Positions 9,410-18,534 of a stretch of DNA of 64,000 nucleotides are shown here, one piece after another (within the stretch, counting starts at the first letter, position 1; every line of letters starts with the position of its first letter). The DNA is from Candidatus Ghiorseimicrobium undicola (GTDB lineage Bacteria; Omnitrophota; Gorgyraeia; Ghiorseimicrobiales; Ghiorseimicrobiaceae): assembly GCA_002796125.1 (NCBI GenBank), contig PCWA01000035.1, positions 457 to 64,456 of the forward strand, in the 5' to 3' direction. The notes beneath the pieces are model-generated. The model was not told the DNA's origin. It searched no databases and worked only from the letters and a program-made list of their open reading frames with translations. The position numbers were made by a program, and so were the translations under genes.

Positions 9410-9850
9410 ATGCCCTCAATAGACAATTTCTATTTATCGCTTCACCTTTTATCTATACATTTAAGTTATTTCGCGTTTTTTTCCGCTTTTATTGCCGCGA
9501 TAGCCTACTTGATACAGGATGCCAGCCTCAAGAGCAGAAAATTACACCCTTTGCTTATGCGCATGCCTGATTTGTCATTTCTGGACAAATGGAATTATTC
9601 TTCTATCGGGCTGGGGTTTCCCGTATTGACCATGGCTATTATTTCCGGCTCTCTTTGGCTCAATGATACTACCGGCTCTTTCTGGCAGTGGAATCCCCGC
9701 GCGTTATATTCTCTTGTTTTATGGCTGACATACGCGGTTATACTCCACGTGAGGCTTTCTTCTAAAATCCGCGGCAGAAAAGTAGCTTTTTTATCCATAG
9801 TAGCTTTTTTAATAATTATTTTTACCTTTTTCAGTAATTGCAATTTTTAA
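9410..9850 (+). CDS. Short CcsA/HemX-like cytochrome c assembly family membrane protein
   Basis: GFPVLTMAIISGSLW...FWQWNPR (degenerate WWD motif), H in LHVR; sits between sirC and hemA as in many anaerobes. Confidence 0.75.
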   Translation: MPSIDNFYLSLHLLSIHLSYFAFFSAFIAAIAYLIQDASLKSRKLHPLLMRMPDLSFLDKWNYSSIGLGFPVLTMAIISGSLWLNDTTGSFWQWNPRALYSLVLWLTYAVILHVRLSSKIRGRKVAFLSIVAFLIIIFTFFSNCNF

Positions 9851-9877
9851 AACTGCCTAACCGCTTGAGGAATTTGG

Positions 9878-10921
9878 ATGAGATTAGTTGTAACGGGCAT
9901 AAACCATAAGACAGCCCCGGTTGAAATAAGAGAAAGGCTGTCTTTCAGCATTAAAGAAACAGTGGAAGCAAACCGCCTGTTTAAGAAAAATCTTGCTGTT
10001 TCAGAGGGGCTGATTTTATCAACCTGCAACCGGATGGAGATTTATGCCGTGCTTAATAATCATGACGGCGATTATATCGCAAAGCTTACGAGCTTTTTAA
10101 GCGAGTTTCGCGATATTGACAGTCGCCAATTTAAAGACCGCCTCTATATACATGAAGGCAAGGCGGCTATTGAGCATTTGTTCAGGGTCGCCGCCGGCCT
10201 TGATTCTATGGTTATCGGGGAGATGGAAATATTGGGGCAGGTTAAGCAGGCATATTATGACGCGCAGGAAAGCCGCACGACCGGTAAAATCCTAAACCGC
10301 CTTTTTCAGAAAACTTTTAATACGGCCAAGAAAATACGCACGGATACTTTTATTACCCGGGGTTCTGTTTCCGTAAGTTCGGTTGCGGTAAAATTGGCGG
10401 AAAAAATACTCGGGGATTTATCGGATAAAAAAGTTTTGATAGTAGGAGCCGGACAAATCGGCGAACAATTGCTGGTTTATTTGAAGAAAAACGGGGTAAA
10501 GGCGATATTGGTTGCCAACCGTACCTTTGAAAAAGCCTTAGCTTTAGCCGACAGGTTCGCGGCCTCCGCCATTAAATTTGACGATTTTATTAACAGCCTT
10601 ATTGATGCCGATATCGTTATTAGTTCTACCGGCGCTCCTCATAATATAATCCGCAAAGAAGACGTTGCCCATATCATGCCCAAGAGAAGGCAAAAACCGT
10701 TTTTTATCATTGATCTGGCGGTCCCGCGTGACGTGGAAGCCGAGGTTAATAAAATAGACAACGTTTATCTTTACGATATAGATGATTTGCAGAAAATAGT
10801 GGATGGAAACCTGGCTTTGCGCAAGAATGAACTGAGCAATTGCGATAAGATTATTGAAAGCGCCTCGGCTCATTTTGAGAATTGGCTGGTAAAGGAAAAT
10901 ATAAAACACCATGAAGGATAA
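9878..10921 (+). CDS. hemA: Glutamyl-tRNA reductase
   Basis: GINHKTAPVEIRE, LSTCNRMEIY, GLDSMVIGEMEILGQVK, IDLAVPRDVE. At 347 aa it appears to lack most of the C-terminal dimerisation domain. Confidence 0.95.
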   Translation: MRLVVTGINHKTAPVEIRERLSFSIKETVEANRLFKKNLAVSEGLILSTCNRMEIYAVLNNHDGDYIAKLTSFLSEFRDIDSRQFKDRLYIHEGKAAIEHLFRVAAGLDSMVIGEMEILGQVKQAYYDAQESRTTGKILNRLFQKTFNTAKKIRTDTFITRGSVSVSSVAVKLAEKILGDLSDKKVLIVGAGQIGEQLLVYLKKNGVKAILVANRTFEKALALADRFAASAIKFDDFINSLIDADIVISSTGAPHNIIRKEDVAHIMPKRRQKPFFIIDLAVPRDVEAEVNKIDNVYLYDIDDLQKIVDGNLALRKNELSNCDKIIESASAHFENWLVKENIKHHEG

Positions 10922-11831
10922 TTATATAGTTATTGGTTCGCGCGGCAGCAAGCTGGCGCTTGCGCAGACAGGGCTGATAAGGGCGGCTTTAAGTAAAAAT
11001 TTCCCTCAATTAAAAATAGATGTTAGAATAATTAAGACTACCGGAGATAAGATTTTGGATACTCCGCTTGCTAAAATCGGAGACAAGGGTTTGTTCACCA
11101 AAGAGCTTGAAGAGGCGCTGTTGGCTGTCGAAATTGATTTAGCGGTGCATAGCATGAAAGACCTGCCGACGGAACTTCCCGACGGCTTGGAAATAGGCGC
11201 AGTCAGCGCGCGCGAAGAAGCATGCGATGTTTTGGTCTCCAGAGAAGCTTTTACAATTAATAATTTGCCGCAAGGCGCAAAAGTCGGCACCAGCAGCCTG
11301 AGGCGCCGTGCCCAGGTTTTAGCTTTAAGGCAGGATTTGGAAGTATTAGATTTACGCGGGAATCTGGATACGCGATTAGCGAAGTTAAATAGCGGTAGGT
11401 ATGATGCGATTATTTTGGCTTACGCGGGGATAAAGCGGTTAGGGCTTGATTTAAATATGTCTAAGCTGTCATTTGATGAAATGCTTCCACAGGCAGGACA
11501 GGGAGCTTTAGGAATTGAGATCCGTAAAAATGATTTGGATGTGTGTAATCTTATTAACGTCTTGGATGACAACGATTCACGACTCTCAACAGAGGCAGAG
11601 CGGGCGCTATTGGCGGGTTTAGGCGGCGGATGCCAGGTGCCTATCGGGGTATATGCGCGGATTGAGGGCGGAAAAATCGCAATAAAAGCGGGGGTATTTT
11701 CTTTAGACGGAAAACGCGCGATAAAAGATGAAACAGCCGGAGATAAAAAAGACGCGCTTAGGTTAGGCAAGGAATTAGCGCAAGCGCTGCTGAAAAAAGG
11801 GGCGAAAGAGATTTTAGATGAAATTATTTAA
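10911..11831 (+). CDS. hemC: Hydroxymethylbilane synthase (porphobilinogen deaminase)
   Basis: IGSRGSKLALAQ, KGLFTKELE, AVHSMKDLP, GTSSLRR, GGGCQVPIG. Confidence 0.96.
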   Translation: MKDNYIVIGSRGSKLALAQTGLIRAALSKNFPQLKIDVRIIKTTGDKILDTPLAKIGDKGLFTKELEEALLAVEIDLAVHSMKDLPTELPDGLEIGAVSAREEACDVLVSREAFTINNLPQGAKVGTSSLRRRAQVLALRQDLEVLDLRGNLDTRLAKLNSGRYDAIILAYAGIKRLGLDLNMSKLSFDEMLPQAGQGALGIEIRKNDLDVCNLINVLDDNDSRLSTEAERALLAGLGGGCQVPIGVYARIEGGKIAIKAGVFSLDGKRAIKDETAGDKKDALRLGKELAQALLKKGAKEILDEII

Positions 11832-11841
11832 TTCTGATATT

Positions 11842-13356
11842 ATGCAAAAATCAACCGTATATCTAACAGGTGCCGGGCCCGGGGATGCAAAGTTAATTAC
11901 CGTAAAGGCGCTTGAGCTTATCAAGCGCGCCGATTGCGTTATCTACGATTATCTGGCAAATCCGGATTTACTTAAATTTGCCGGTGAGAAATGTAAAGTA
12001 ATTTATGTCGGTAAAAAAGGTAGTGCGCATACCCTGCCGCAGGCGAAGATTAACCGGCTTTTAGTTAGCTCCGCCAAAAAATATAAAACCGTTGTGCGGT
12101 TAAAGGGCGGAGACCCGTTTATTTTCGGCCGGGGAGCGGAAGAGGCGGTTTTCCTGAAGAAGCATAAAATAAATTTTGAAATTGTCCCCGGAGTTACCAG
12201 CGCGATCGCGGTCCCTGCCTATGCCGGTATTCCTTTGACCGCGCGCGCGCATAATTCCAGTGTTGGATTTATCACCGGCCACGAAGACCCCGGCAAAGAA
12301 AAATCAAATATTGACTGGCAGGCATTGGCTAGGGGGTTGGGTACCTTGGTATTTTTAATGGGGGTGGGCAATTTAGCCTCAATTACGAAAAAATTAATTA
12401 CTGCCGGAAAAGATAAGAGTACGCCTGTGGCGGTAATCCGCTGGGGAACAACTACAGAGCAGAAAACAATAGTCGGTAATTTAGGAAATATCGCCGGGCT
12501 GGTTAAGAAAAATAAAATAAAACCTCCGGCGATAACCGTAGTGGGTGAGGTGGTAGGTTTGCGTAAAGAATTAAGCTGGTTTGAAAAAAAGCCGCTTCTC
12601 GGCAAGAGGGTGGTTGTTACGCGCGCCCGGCATCAGGCAAGCATCTTATCTGAAAAACTCGGTGAGTTGGGAGCTGATGTCGTAGAATCGCCGGCAATAA
12701 ATATCGTATCTTTAAAAGCGGATGGAGCCGTAGAAAAGGCTTTGCTTGGCGAAAAATATGATTGGGTATTTTTTACCAGCCAAAACGGCGTATATGAATT
12801 CGCGGAAATTTTGGATAGAATAAAAAAAGATACTAGATTATTGAGCCAGGTGAAGATTTGCGCCATAGGCTCTGAAACCGCTAAAAGCCTGAATAAAATA
12901 GGCATAAAGCCGGATTATGTGCCAAACCGTTTTTACGCCGAAGAAATAATAAAACATTTTGAATCAGCTAGATTTCGCAATCTTCGCGCTTTAATTTTAA
13001 GGGCTAAAAAAGCGCGCGATGTCCTACCGCAAGGATTACGTGATGCCGGGATGCTGGTTAAGATAATAGATCTTTATGATACATGTATTGATGAAGAAGC
13101 AAAATCATTAGTAAAGAAGGCGTTTGGCGAAAAAGTAGATTGGGTTACTTTTACCAGCTCATCTACGGTTGAGAATTTTATTAAACTCTTAGGTAATGAT
13201 TACCGGAAAAAACTAATTAAGGTAAAATTGGCATCTATCGGCCCGATTACATCGCAGGCGCTTCGCAGGTTCGGCTTAAAGCCGCATGCTGAGGCAAAGG
13301 TTTATACGATTGATGGGCTAATAGAAGCAATAGTAAAATCAAGGGGTAAGGGTTAA
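11842..13356 (+). CDS. cobA: Uroporphyrinogen-III C-methyltransferase / uroporphyrinogen-III synthase fusion (CobA-HemD)
   Basis: VYLTGAGPGDAKLIT, VRLKGGDPFIFGRGAEE, then the HemD domain (VVVTRAR, FTSQNGV, FTSSSTV). Start likely ATG 11842; the ORF is open from 11818. Confidence 0.93.
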   Translation: MQKSTVYLTGAGPGDAKLITVKALELIKRADCVIYDYLANPDLLKFAGEKCKVIYVGKKGSAHTLPQAKINRLLVSSAKKYKTVVRLKGGDPFIFGRGAEEAVFLKKHKINFEIVPGVTSAIAVPAYAGIPLTARAHNSSVGFITGHEDPGKEKSNIDWQALARGLGTLVFLMGVGNLASITKKLITAGKDKSTPVAVIRWGTTTEQKTIVGNLGNIAGLVKKNKIKPPAITVVGEVVGLRKELSWFEKKPLLGKRVVVTRARHQASILSEKLGELGADVVESPAINIVSLKADGAVEKALLGEKYDWVFFTSQNGVYEFAEILDRIKKDTRLLSQVKICAIGSETAKSLNKIGIKPDYVPNRFYAEEIIKHFESARFRNLRALILRAKKARDVLPQGLRDAGMLVKIIDLYDTCIDEEAKSLVKKAFGEKVDWVTFTSSSTVENFIKLLGNDYRKKLIKVKLASIGPITSQALRRFGLKPHAEAKVYTIDGLIEAIVKSRGKG

Positions 13357-13405
13357 GTGATAAGGGTTAAGTAACTTAACCCATAACCCTTAATCCGTAA
13401 CCCTA
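13341..13405. repeat. Degenerate heptamer array followed by its inverted complement (TAAGGGT / ACCCTTA type), hairpin-forming
   Basis: ggtaagggttaagtgataagggttaag-taa-cttaacccataacccttaatccgtaaccc. Confidence 0.7.
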
Positions 13406-13412
13406 TTTTTTG

Positions 13413-14570
13413 ATGATTAACTGCACACGTTTACTTTGCGGGAAATTAGGCGTTCAGGACGAAATCCGCTATAAAAAGGGGAAACCGGCGGATACAAACC
13501 GTCCTATTGTGGTCTGGAACTCTACCCGCCGCTGCAATCTTAAATGCATCCATTGCTATATTGACGCAAAGCGCACTCAGGACGCAGGCGAGCTTACCAC
13601 AGAACAGGCAAGGGTATTAATTGATGACTTGGCACAGTTTGGCGCGCCGGTTTTTTTATTTTCCGGAGGCGAGCCTTTTATCCGCGAGGATTTGTTTGAG
13701 CTTGGCAAATACGCTAAGGATAAAGGCCTGCGTACGGTAATTTCAACTAACGGTACGTTGATTACCGACGATATGGCAAAAAAGGTGAGAGATGCCGGTT
13801 TTTCTTATGTGGGCATAAGTTTAGACGGGCTTGAGGCGACGAATGACAAATTCCGGGAGCAAAAAGGCGCCTTTAAAAAGACGCTGGAAGGTATTAGAAA
13901 TTGCCTGAAAAATAATGTGCGCGTGGGCCTGCGTTTTACGATTAATAAACATAATTTTATGGACTTATCCGGCATATTTGATTTAATAGAAAATGAGGGT
14001 ATTCCGCGCGCCTGTTTTTATCACTTGGTTTATTCCGGCCGCGGCAGTTCTATGATAGAGGAAGATTTAGCGCATCCCCAAGCGCGCGCGGCGGTGGATT
14101 TAATTTTTGAGCGTTCAAAACAGCTCTGCGCTAAAGGTAAAGATGTTGAGATATTGACTGTAGATAATCATACCGATGGGGTTTATTTGTATTTGAAGCT
14201 AAGGAAAGAGGATCCGAAACGCGCGGTAGAGGTGCTTGAGCTTTTAAAGATTAACGGCGGCAATAAGACCGGTATCGGCATTGCCGATATAGATAATTTA
14301 GGCGATGTTCATCCCGACCAGTTCTGGCGGGGCTATACTTTAGGTAATGTAAAGGAGCGTAAGTTTAGCGAGATTTGGATGGATGAGAGCAATGAGCTCT
14401 TGAAGAATCTGCGTAACCGCCTGCCGCTTTTAAAAGGCAAGTGCGGCATTTGTCATTTTCAGGATATCTGCGCCGGAAACTTCCGCGCCCGCGCTGAGGC
14501 ATTCTATAACGATACTTGGCAGGAAGACCCTGCGTGTTATTTGACCGAAGATGAGGTGTTGAGTAGGTAG
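13413..14570 (+). CDS. ahbC: Radical SAM 12,18-didecarboxysiroheme deacetylase (Fe-coproporphyrin synthase)
   Basis: RPIVVWNSTRRCNLKCIHCY, CFYHLVYSGRG, EILTVDNHTDG, SPASM cysteines; located in a hem/ahb cluster. Confidence 0.88.
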   Translation: MINCTRLLCGKLGVQDEIRYKKGKPADTNRPIVVWNSTRRCNLKCIHCYIDAKRTQDAGELTTEQARVLIDDLAQFGAPVFLFSGGEPFIREDLFELGKYAKDKGLRTVISTNGTLITDDMAKKVRDAGFSYVGISLDGLEATNDKFREQKGAFKKTLEGIRNCLKNNVRVGLRFTINKHNFMDLSGIFDLIENEGIPRACFYHLVYSGRGSSMIEEDLAHPQARAAVDLIFERSKQLCAKGKDVEILTVDNHTDGVYLYLKLRKEDPKRAVEVLELLKINGGNKTGIGIADIDNLGDVHPDQFWRGYTLGNVKERKFSEIWMDESNELLKNLRNRLPLLKGKCGICHFQDICAGNFRARAEAFYNDTWQEDPACYLTEDEVLSR

Positions 14571-14689
14571 GGTTTTATATACATTATGGCACTTTTCACT
14601 CTGGTTGCAATTTTTTACGTCAGCTTCTCGGTATTTTAAGGCGCCTGCGGAACTCGTTCTTCGGCGCTATCGCGCCAGGAATGAACTCA

Positions 14690-14879
14690 GACAGTCCTCA
14701 GATTAGGAAATCGGGGGACACAATACTAATTTAATGGCATCTCCCGTAAGGAAAAAGATTAGAAACTACTAATTCTAATAACCGGACAGTCCTCAGATTA
14801 GGAAATCGGGGGACACAATACTAATTTAATGGCATCTCCCGTAAGGAAAAAGATTAGAAACTACTAATTCTAATAACCG
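14690..14879. repeat. Perfect 95-bp tandem duplication (14690-14784 and 14785-14879)
   Basis: Unit gacagtcctcagattaggaaatcgggggacacaatactaattt...ctactaattctaataaccg occurs twice, head to tail. Confidence 0.95.
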
Positions 14880-14921
14880 CGTAGGTTGATAAAGTCAGAA
14901 AATGCGGCTTAAAGAAATAAT

Positions 14922-15956
14922 ATGACTTTTCCAAAAATTAGAATGAGAGATAGGCGTAAGGATGAGGCAACGCGCAAGAGGTTTCGCCAAACGCCGGAGG
15001 TCTCGGCGCGGGATTTGATTATGCCTCTTTTTGTCAAAGAGGGTATAGGTAAGAAGAAAGAAATTAAGTCAATGCCCGGCATTTATCAATTTTCGCTAAA
15101 CGACGTAGTCGCGGAGGCAAAGAGCGTTTATAAATTAGGCATTGGCGCAATAATCCTTTTCGGCATCCCCAAGTATAAAGACGAAATTGGTTCTTTCGCT
15201 TATGATGACAACGGCATAACCCAAGAGGTAATCCGGCTGATAAAGAAGGCCGTGCCGAAATTGACGGTCATTGCCGATGTGTGCATGTGTGAATATACCT
15301 CACACGGCCACTGCGGGGTTTTAAAAAGACCCAATACCCAATACTCAATACGCAATACATTTACGATTGATAATGATAAGACAACCGAGATATTAGCCAA
15401 GATTGCGCTATCGTATGCTATAGCCGGGGTGGATATAGCCGCGCCGAGTGCGATGATGGATGGCCAGGTTAGGGCGATAAAAGAAGCATTGCTTAAAAAT
15501 AAATTTCCAAAAGTTAAAATAATGAGTTATTCATCAAAATACGCCTCAAGTTTTTATGGGCCATTTCGCGATGCCGCGGAATCGCCTCCGCGGTTTGGCG
15601 ACCGCAAGACATACCAAATGGATTATTATAATAGCGATGAGGCGGTAATTGAGGCAAAATTAGATATTGCCGAAGGTGCTGATATGGTAATGGTTAAGCC
15701 GGCTTTGGGTTATCAGGATATTATTTATCGCTTAAAGAAAGAGCTAAAATTTCCACTTGCCTGTTATAACGTAAGCGGTGAATACGCGATGATTAAAGCA
15801 GCCGCGCAGCGTGGATTACTCGATGAGAAAAAAGTTGTCTTAGAGATGCTTACCGGTTTTAAGCGCGCCGGTGCCGATAAAATCATAACGTATTACGCGA
15901 AATCCGCCGCCTATTGGCTTAAAAACCATGTAGACCTACGCGGTCTACATGGTTAG
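14922..15956 (+). CDS. hemB: Porphobilinogen synthase (delta-aminolevulinate dehydratase)
   Basis: DVCMCEYTSHGHCG Zn motif, APSAMMDG, YGPFRDAA, MVKP, YNVSGEYAMI. Confidence 0.96.
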   Translation: MTFPKIRMRDRRKDEATRKRFRQTPEVSARDLIMPLFVKEGIGKKKEIKSMPGIYQFSLNDVVAEAKSVYKLGIGAIILFGIPKYKDEIGSFAYDDNGITQEVIRLIKKAVPKLTVIADVCMCEYTSHGHCGVLKRPNTQYSIRNTFTIDNDKTTEILAKIALSYAIAGVDIAAPSAMMDGQVRAIKEALLKNKFPKVKIMSYSSKYASSFYGPFRDAAESPPRFGDRKTYQMDYYNSDEAVIEAKLDIAEGADMVMVKPALGYQDIIYRLKKELKFPLACYNVSGEYAMIKAAAQRGLLDEKKVVLEMLTGFKRAGADKIITYYAKSAAYWLKNHVDLRGLHG

Positions 15957-15968
15957 GTGGTTGAAAAT

Positions 15969-17015
15969 ATGGATAAACAAAATGCGAATTTGAGGATGGT
16001 GGCTTGGGAGGTTACGCGCAGCTGTAACTTATCCTGTGCGCATTGCCGCGCATCCAGTAAACACGGCCCGTATCCGGGCGAGCTTTCCAAAGAAGAATGC
16101 TTTAAGGTCTTAGATGAGATTGTCTCTTTTGCCAAGCCGGTAATTATACTTACAGGCGGTGAGCCGTTATTACGGGAAGATATTTTTGAGATTGCCGCCT
16201 ACGGAAAAAAATGCGGCTTGGTCATGGTAATGGCGCCCAACGGCCTGCTTTTAACAGATGAAAATATCAAAAAAATAATCGCCTCAGGAATTAAGCGCAT
16301 ATCAGTAAGCTTAGACGGGCCTAACGCAAAAATACACGATAACCTAAGGCAGGTGCCCGGTGCATTTGATGGAGCGATTGCAGGGATAAAGCGGGCAAAA
16401 AAATTAGGTCTTGAGTTTCAGATAAATTCTACGATCACCAAAAGAAATATCCAGTATTTGCCAGAGATGATGAAGTTGGCCAAGGATCTGGGGGCGGCAG
16501 CGCATCACATATTTTTGCTTGTGCCGACAGGCCGCGGAAAAGATATGGAAAAAGAAGAGCTCTCGCCTCTCGAATATGAAGAAACACTTAAATTTTTAGA
16601 AAAGGAAAAAAATAATTTCCCTTTGCAGATAAAAGTTACCTGCGCACCGCATTATAATAGAATACTTGCGCAGAATAATCCGCAAACGGCCGGTTCTTTG
16701 CGCGGCAGGGGTTGTATGGGAGGTGTGAGTTTTTGTTTTATCTCACATGTGGGAGAGCTTTCGCCCTGCGGTTATTTAGAATTAAAATGCGGCAATGTCA
16801 GGAAAGAGGGTTTTAAAAAGGCATGGCTTGAGTCGGAAGTATTTAATAATTTACGGGACTTTTCCAGGTTTAAAGGTAAATGCGGCGTATGTGAATTCCG
16901 CTACGTCTGCGCGGGGTGCCGGGCGAGGGCGTACGCAAAATGCGGCGATTATTTGTCGGATGAACCGTATTGTATTTACCAGCCTGCGGTTGCTAAAGAA
17001 CAGAGCGAAACATGA
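15969..17015 (+). CDS. ahbD: Radical SAM heme b synthase (AdoMet-dependent)
   Basis: LRMVAWEVTRSCNLSCAHCRAS, HIFLLVPTGRG, KVTCAPHY, GCMGG..FCFISH, SPASM domain. The ORF is open from GTG 15957; ATG 15969 has the SD. Confidence 0.88.
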   Translation: MDKQNANLRMVAWEVTRSCNLSCAHCRASSKHGPYPGELSKEECFKVLDEIVSFAKPVIILTGGEPLLREDIFEIAAYGKKCGLVMVMAPNGLLLTDENIKKIIASGIKRISVSLDGPNAKIHDNLRQVPGAFDGAIAGIKRAKKLGLEFQINSTITKRNIQYLPEMMKLAKDLGAAAHHIFLLVPTGRGKDMEKEELSPLEYEETLKFLEKEKNNFPLQIKVTCAPHYNRILAQNNPQTAGSLRGRGCMGGVSFCFISHVGELSPCGYLELKCGNVRKEGFKKAWLESEVFNNLRDFSRFKGKCGVCEFRYVCAGCRARAYAKCGDYLSDEPYCIYQPAVAKEQSET

Positions 17016-17470
17016 ATAGGGCATTAACAGCTTTGGATAAGAGAATATTGAACAGATTACAGCAGGATATTCCTTTTACGGCCGAGCCCTGGAAAAAAAT
17101 CGCCGGAGAATTGAACATTCAAGAAGCGCGTTTATTAAATCGTATTGCAATTTTGAAGAAACGCGGTATAATCCGGAGAATAGCCGCGGTTTTTAATCCA
17201 AGGAAGGTCGGTTTTGTTTCTACGCTGGCGGCGGCAAAAGTAGCGCCTGAGAATATTGAGGCGGCAGCCAGGGCCGTAAATAAGTATCCGGAAGTTACCC
17301 ATAATTACAAACGGCAGGAGGAATATAACCTTTGGTTTGCCTTGGTCGCCCCAAGCAGGAAAAAAATTACGCTTATAATTAACCGGCTAAAAAAGAACAA
17401 AAAATTTAAAAAAGTTATAGAATTGCCGGCAGTCAGACTCTTTAAGATAGACGTTAGCCTGAAAGTATGA
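17012..17470 (+). CDS. ahbA: Siroheme decarboxylase subunit alpha (Lrp/AsnC-like)
   Basis: LDKRILNRLQQDIP, GIIRRIAAVFNPRKVGFVSTL, VTHNYKR...YNLWF. Confidence 0.88.
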   Translation: MNRALTALDKRILNRLQQDIPFTAEPWKKIAGELNIQEARLLNRIAILKKRGIIRRIAAVFNPRKVGFVSTLAAAKVAPENIEAAARAVNKYPEVTHNYKRQEEYNLWFALVAPSRKKITLIINRLKKNKKFKKVIELPAVRLFKIDVSLKV

Positions 17471-17471
17471 T

Positions 17472-17936
17472 ATGCTCTCGCCGCTGGATAAAAAAATAAT
17501 CAGCCTGGTTTCTAAGGATATGCTTTTGAGCAGTCGGCCATTTAAGGTAATGGCCGGTAAAGCCGGCATCAGCGAAGATAAGCTTTTGGCGCGCCTGAAA
17601 TCCTATAAAAAAAGCGGGATGATGCGCAAGTTTTCCGCCGTCCTGCACCATATAAACGCCGGGTTTAAGCACAACGCGATGTGCGTCTGGAATGTGCCGG
17701 AAAAATCAGCCCTGAATGCCGGAAGGATAATCGCCGCCTTTGACTATGTCAGCCATTGTTATCAGCGGAAGAGGCGCGCTGATTGGAAATATAACCTATA
17801 CGCGATGGTGCACGGAAAGACCAGGGCGGAATGTATTAAGGCCGCAAAAAAAATATCCGGGAAAATCGGTTTTCCCGATTGCAAAATCTTATTTTCATCA
17901 AAAGAGTATAAAAAGACCGGGGTGAAGTACGGCTAA
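17472..17936 (+). CDS. ahbB: Siroheme decarboxylase subunit beta
   Basis: RKFSAVLHH..AGFKHNAMCVW, VSHCYQR, WKYNLYAMVHG, LFSSKEYKKT. Confidence 0.88.
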   Translation: MLSPLDKKIISLVSKDMLLSSRPFKVMAGKAGISEDKLLARLKSYKKSGMMRKFSAVLHHINAGFKHNAMCVWNVPEKSALNAGRIIAAFDYVSHCYQRKRRADWKYNLYAMVHGKTRAECIKAAKKISGKIGFPDCKILFSSKEYKKTGVKYG

Positions 17937-17946
17937 AAGGATATTA

Positions 17947-18534
17947 TTGGGCATTATTTTTGGGGGATTATTCTTTTCATTTGGCATTTGTCAGGAATCA
18001 GGCCGGAGGCTTCATTCGGAAGCTTTATCTAATAATGAAACAGTTAAACTGCCTTTTGAAACTATAAGATTTATAAAGCGATCAGTGGGTCAAGGGGATT
18101 ATGTCCAAGATGAGCGTTCGCCTATGGAGGCCTGTGATACAATTAAAAAATCTGTTTGTGAGGATAACCCCGGTTTTGATTGTAAGTTGATCGATTCTGC
18201 CAGAATTGATTCGCCGGAGCAATTTGGTAAATGTGTGGATGGGGCAACTGCGGGAGGATGTTTTACTTGTACATTCAAATGTGATTTCATTGAGTCAAAG
18301 CTAGATATTGCAAATACGGGGGAGAAAAAAGATATTTCTAAAGATGAAGCCTTGAAAATCGCCCAAGAGGTTTGTGAAAAAGAGGGCTGGGAATGGAAAG
18401 ATGTTTATGTAGAATTATACGAAGATAAATGGTGGGGAATACATACCAATGCTGGTGTTTTAGGTGGTAATGCTTTTATTCGTATAGATAAAGAAACAGG
18501 AGAGGTGGTAGAGAAATTTTTTAATCGTGAATAA
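17947..18534 (+). CDS. Hypothetical secreted protein: Cys-rich domain plus PepSY-like C-terminal domain; start uncertain
   Basis: Hydrophobic N-terminus; seven Cys in the central domain without CxxCH; ISKDEALKIAQE...IRIDKETGEVV resembles PepSY. Confidence 0.6.
   Translation: MGIIFGGLFFSFGICQESGRRLHSEALSNNETVKLPFETIRFIKRSVGQGDYVQDERSPMEACDTIKKSVCEDNPGFDCKLIDSARIDSPEQFGKCVDGATAGGCFTCTFKCDFIESKLDIANTGEKKDISKDEALKIAQEVCEKEGWEWKDVYVELYEDKWWGIHTNAGVLGGNAFIRIDKETGEVVEKFFNRE

Noticed and set aside
14690-14879. Possible CRISPR array
   Set aside because: Two contiguous 95-bp copies with no spacer and no cas genes; this is a tandem duplication.
13413-17936. Heme d1 biosynthesis (nirJ/nirDLGH) and denitrification
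   Set aside because: No nirS, nirF or nirN; two radical SAM genes plus two Lrp-like genes with hem genes fit AhbABCD.
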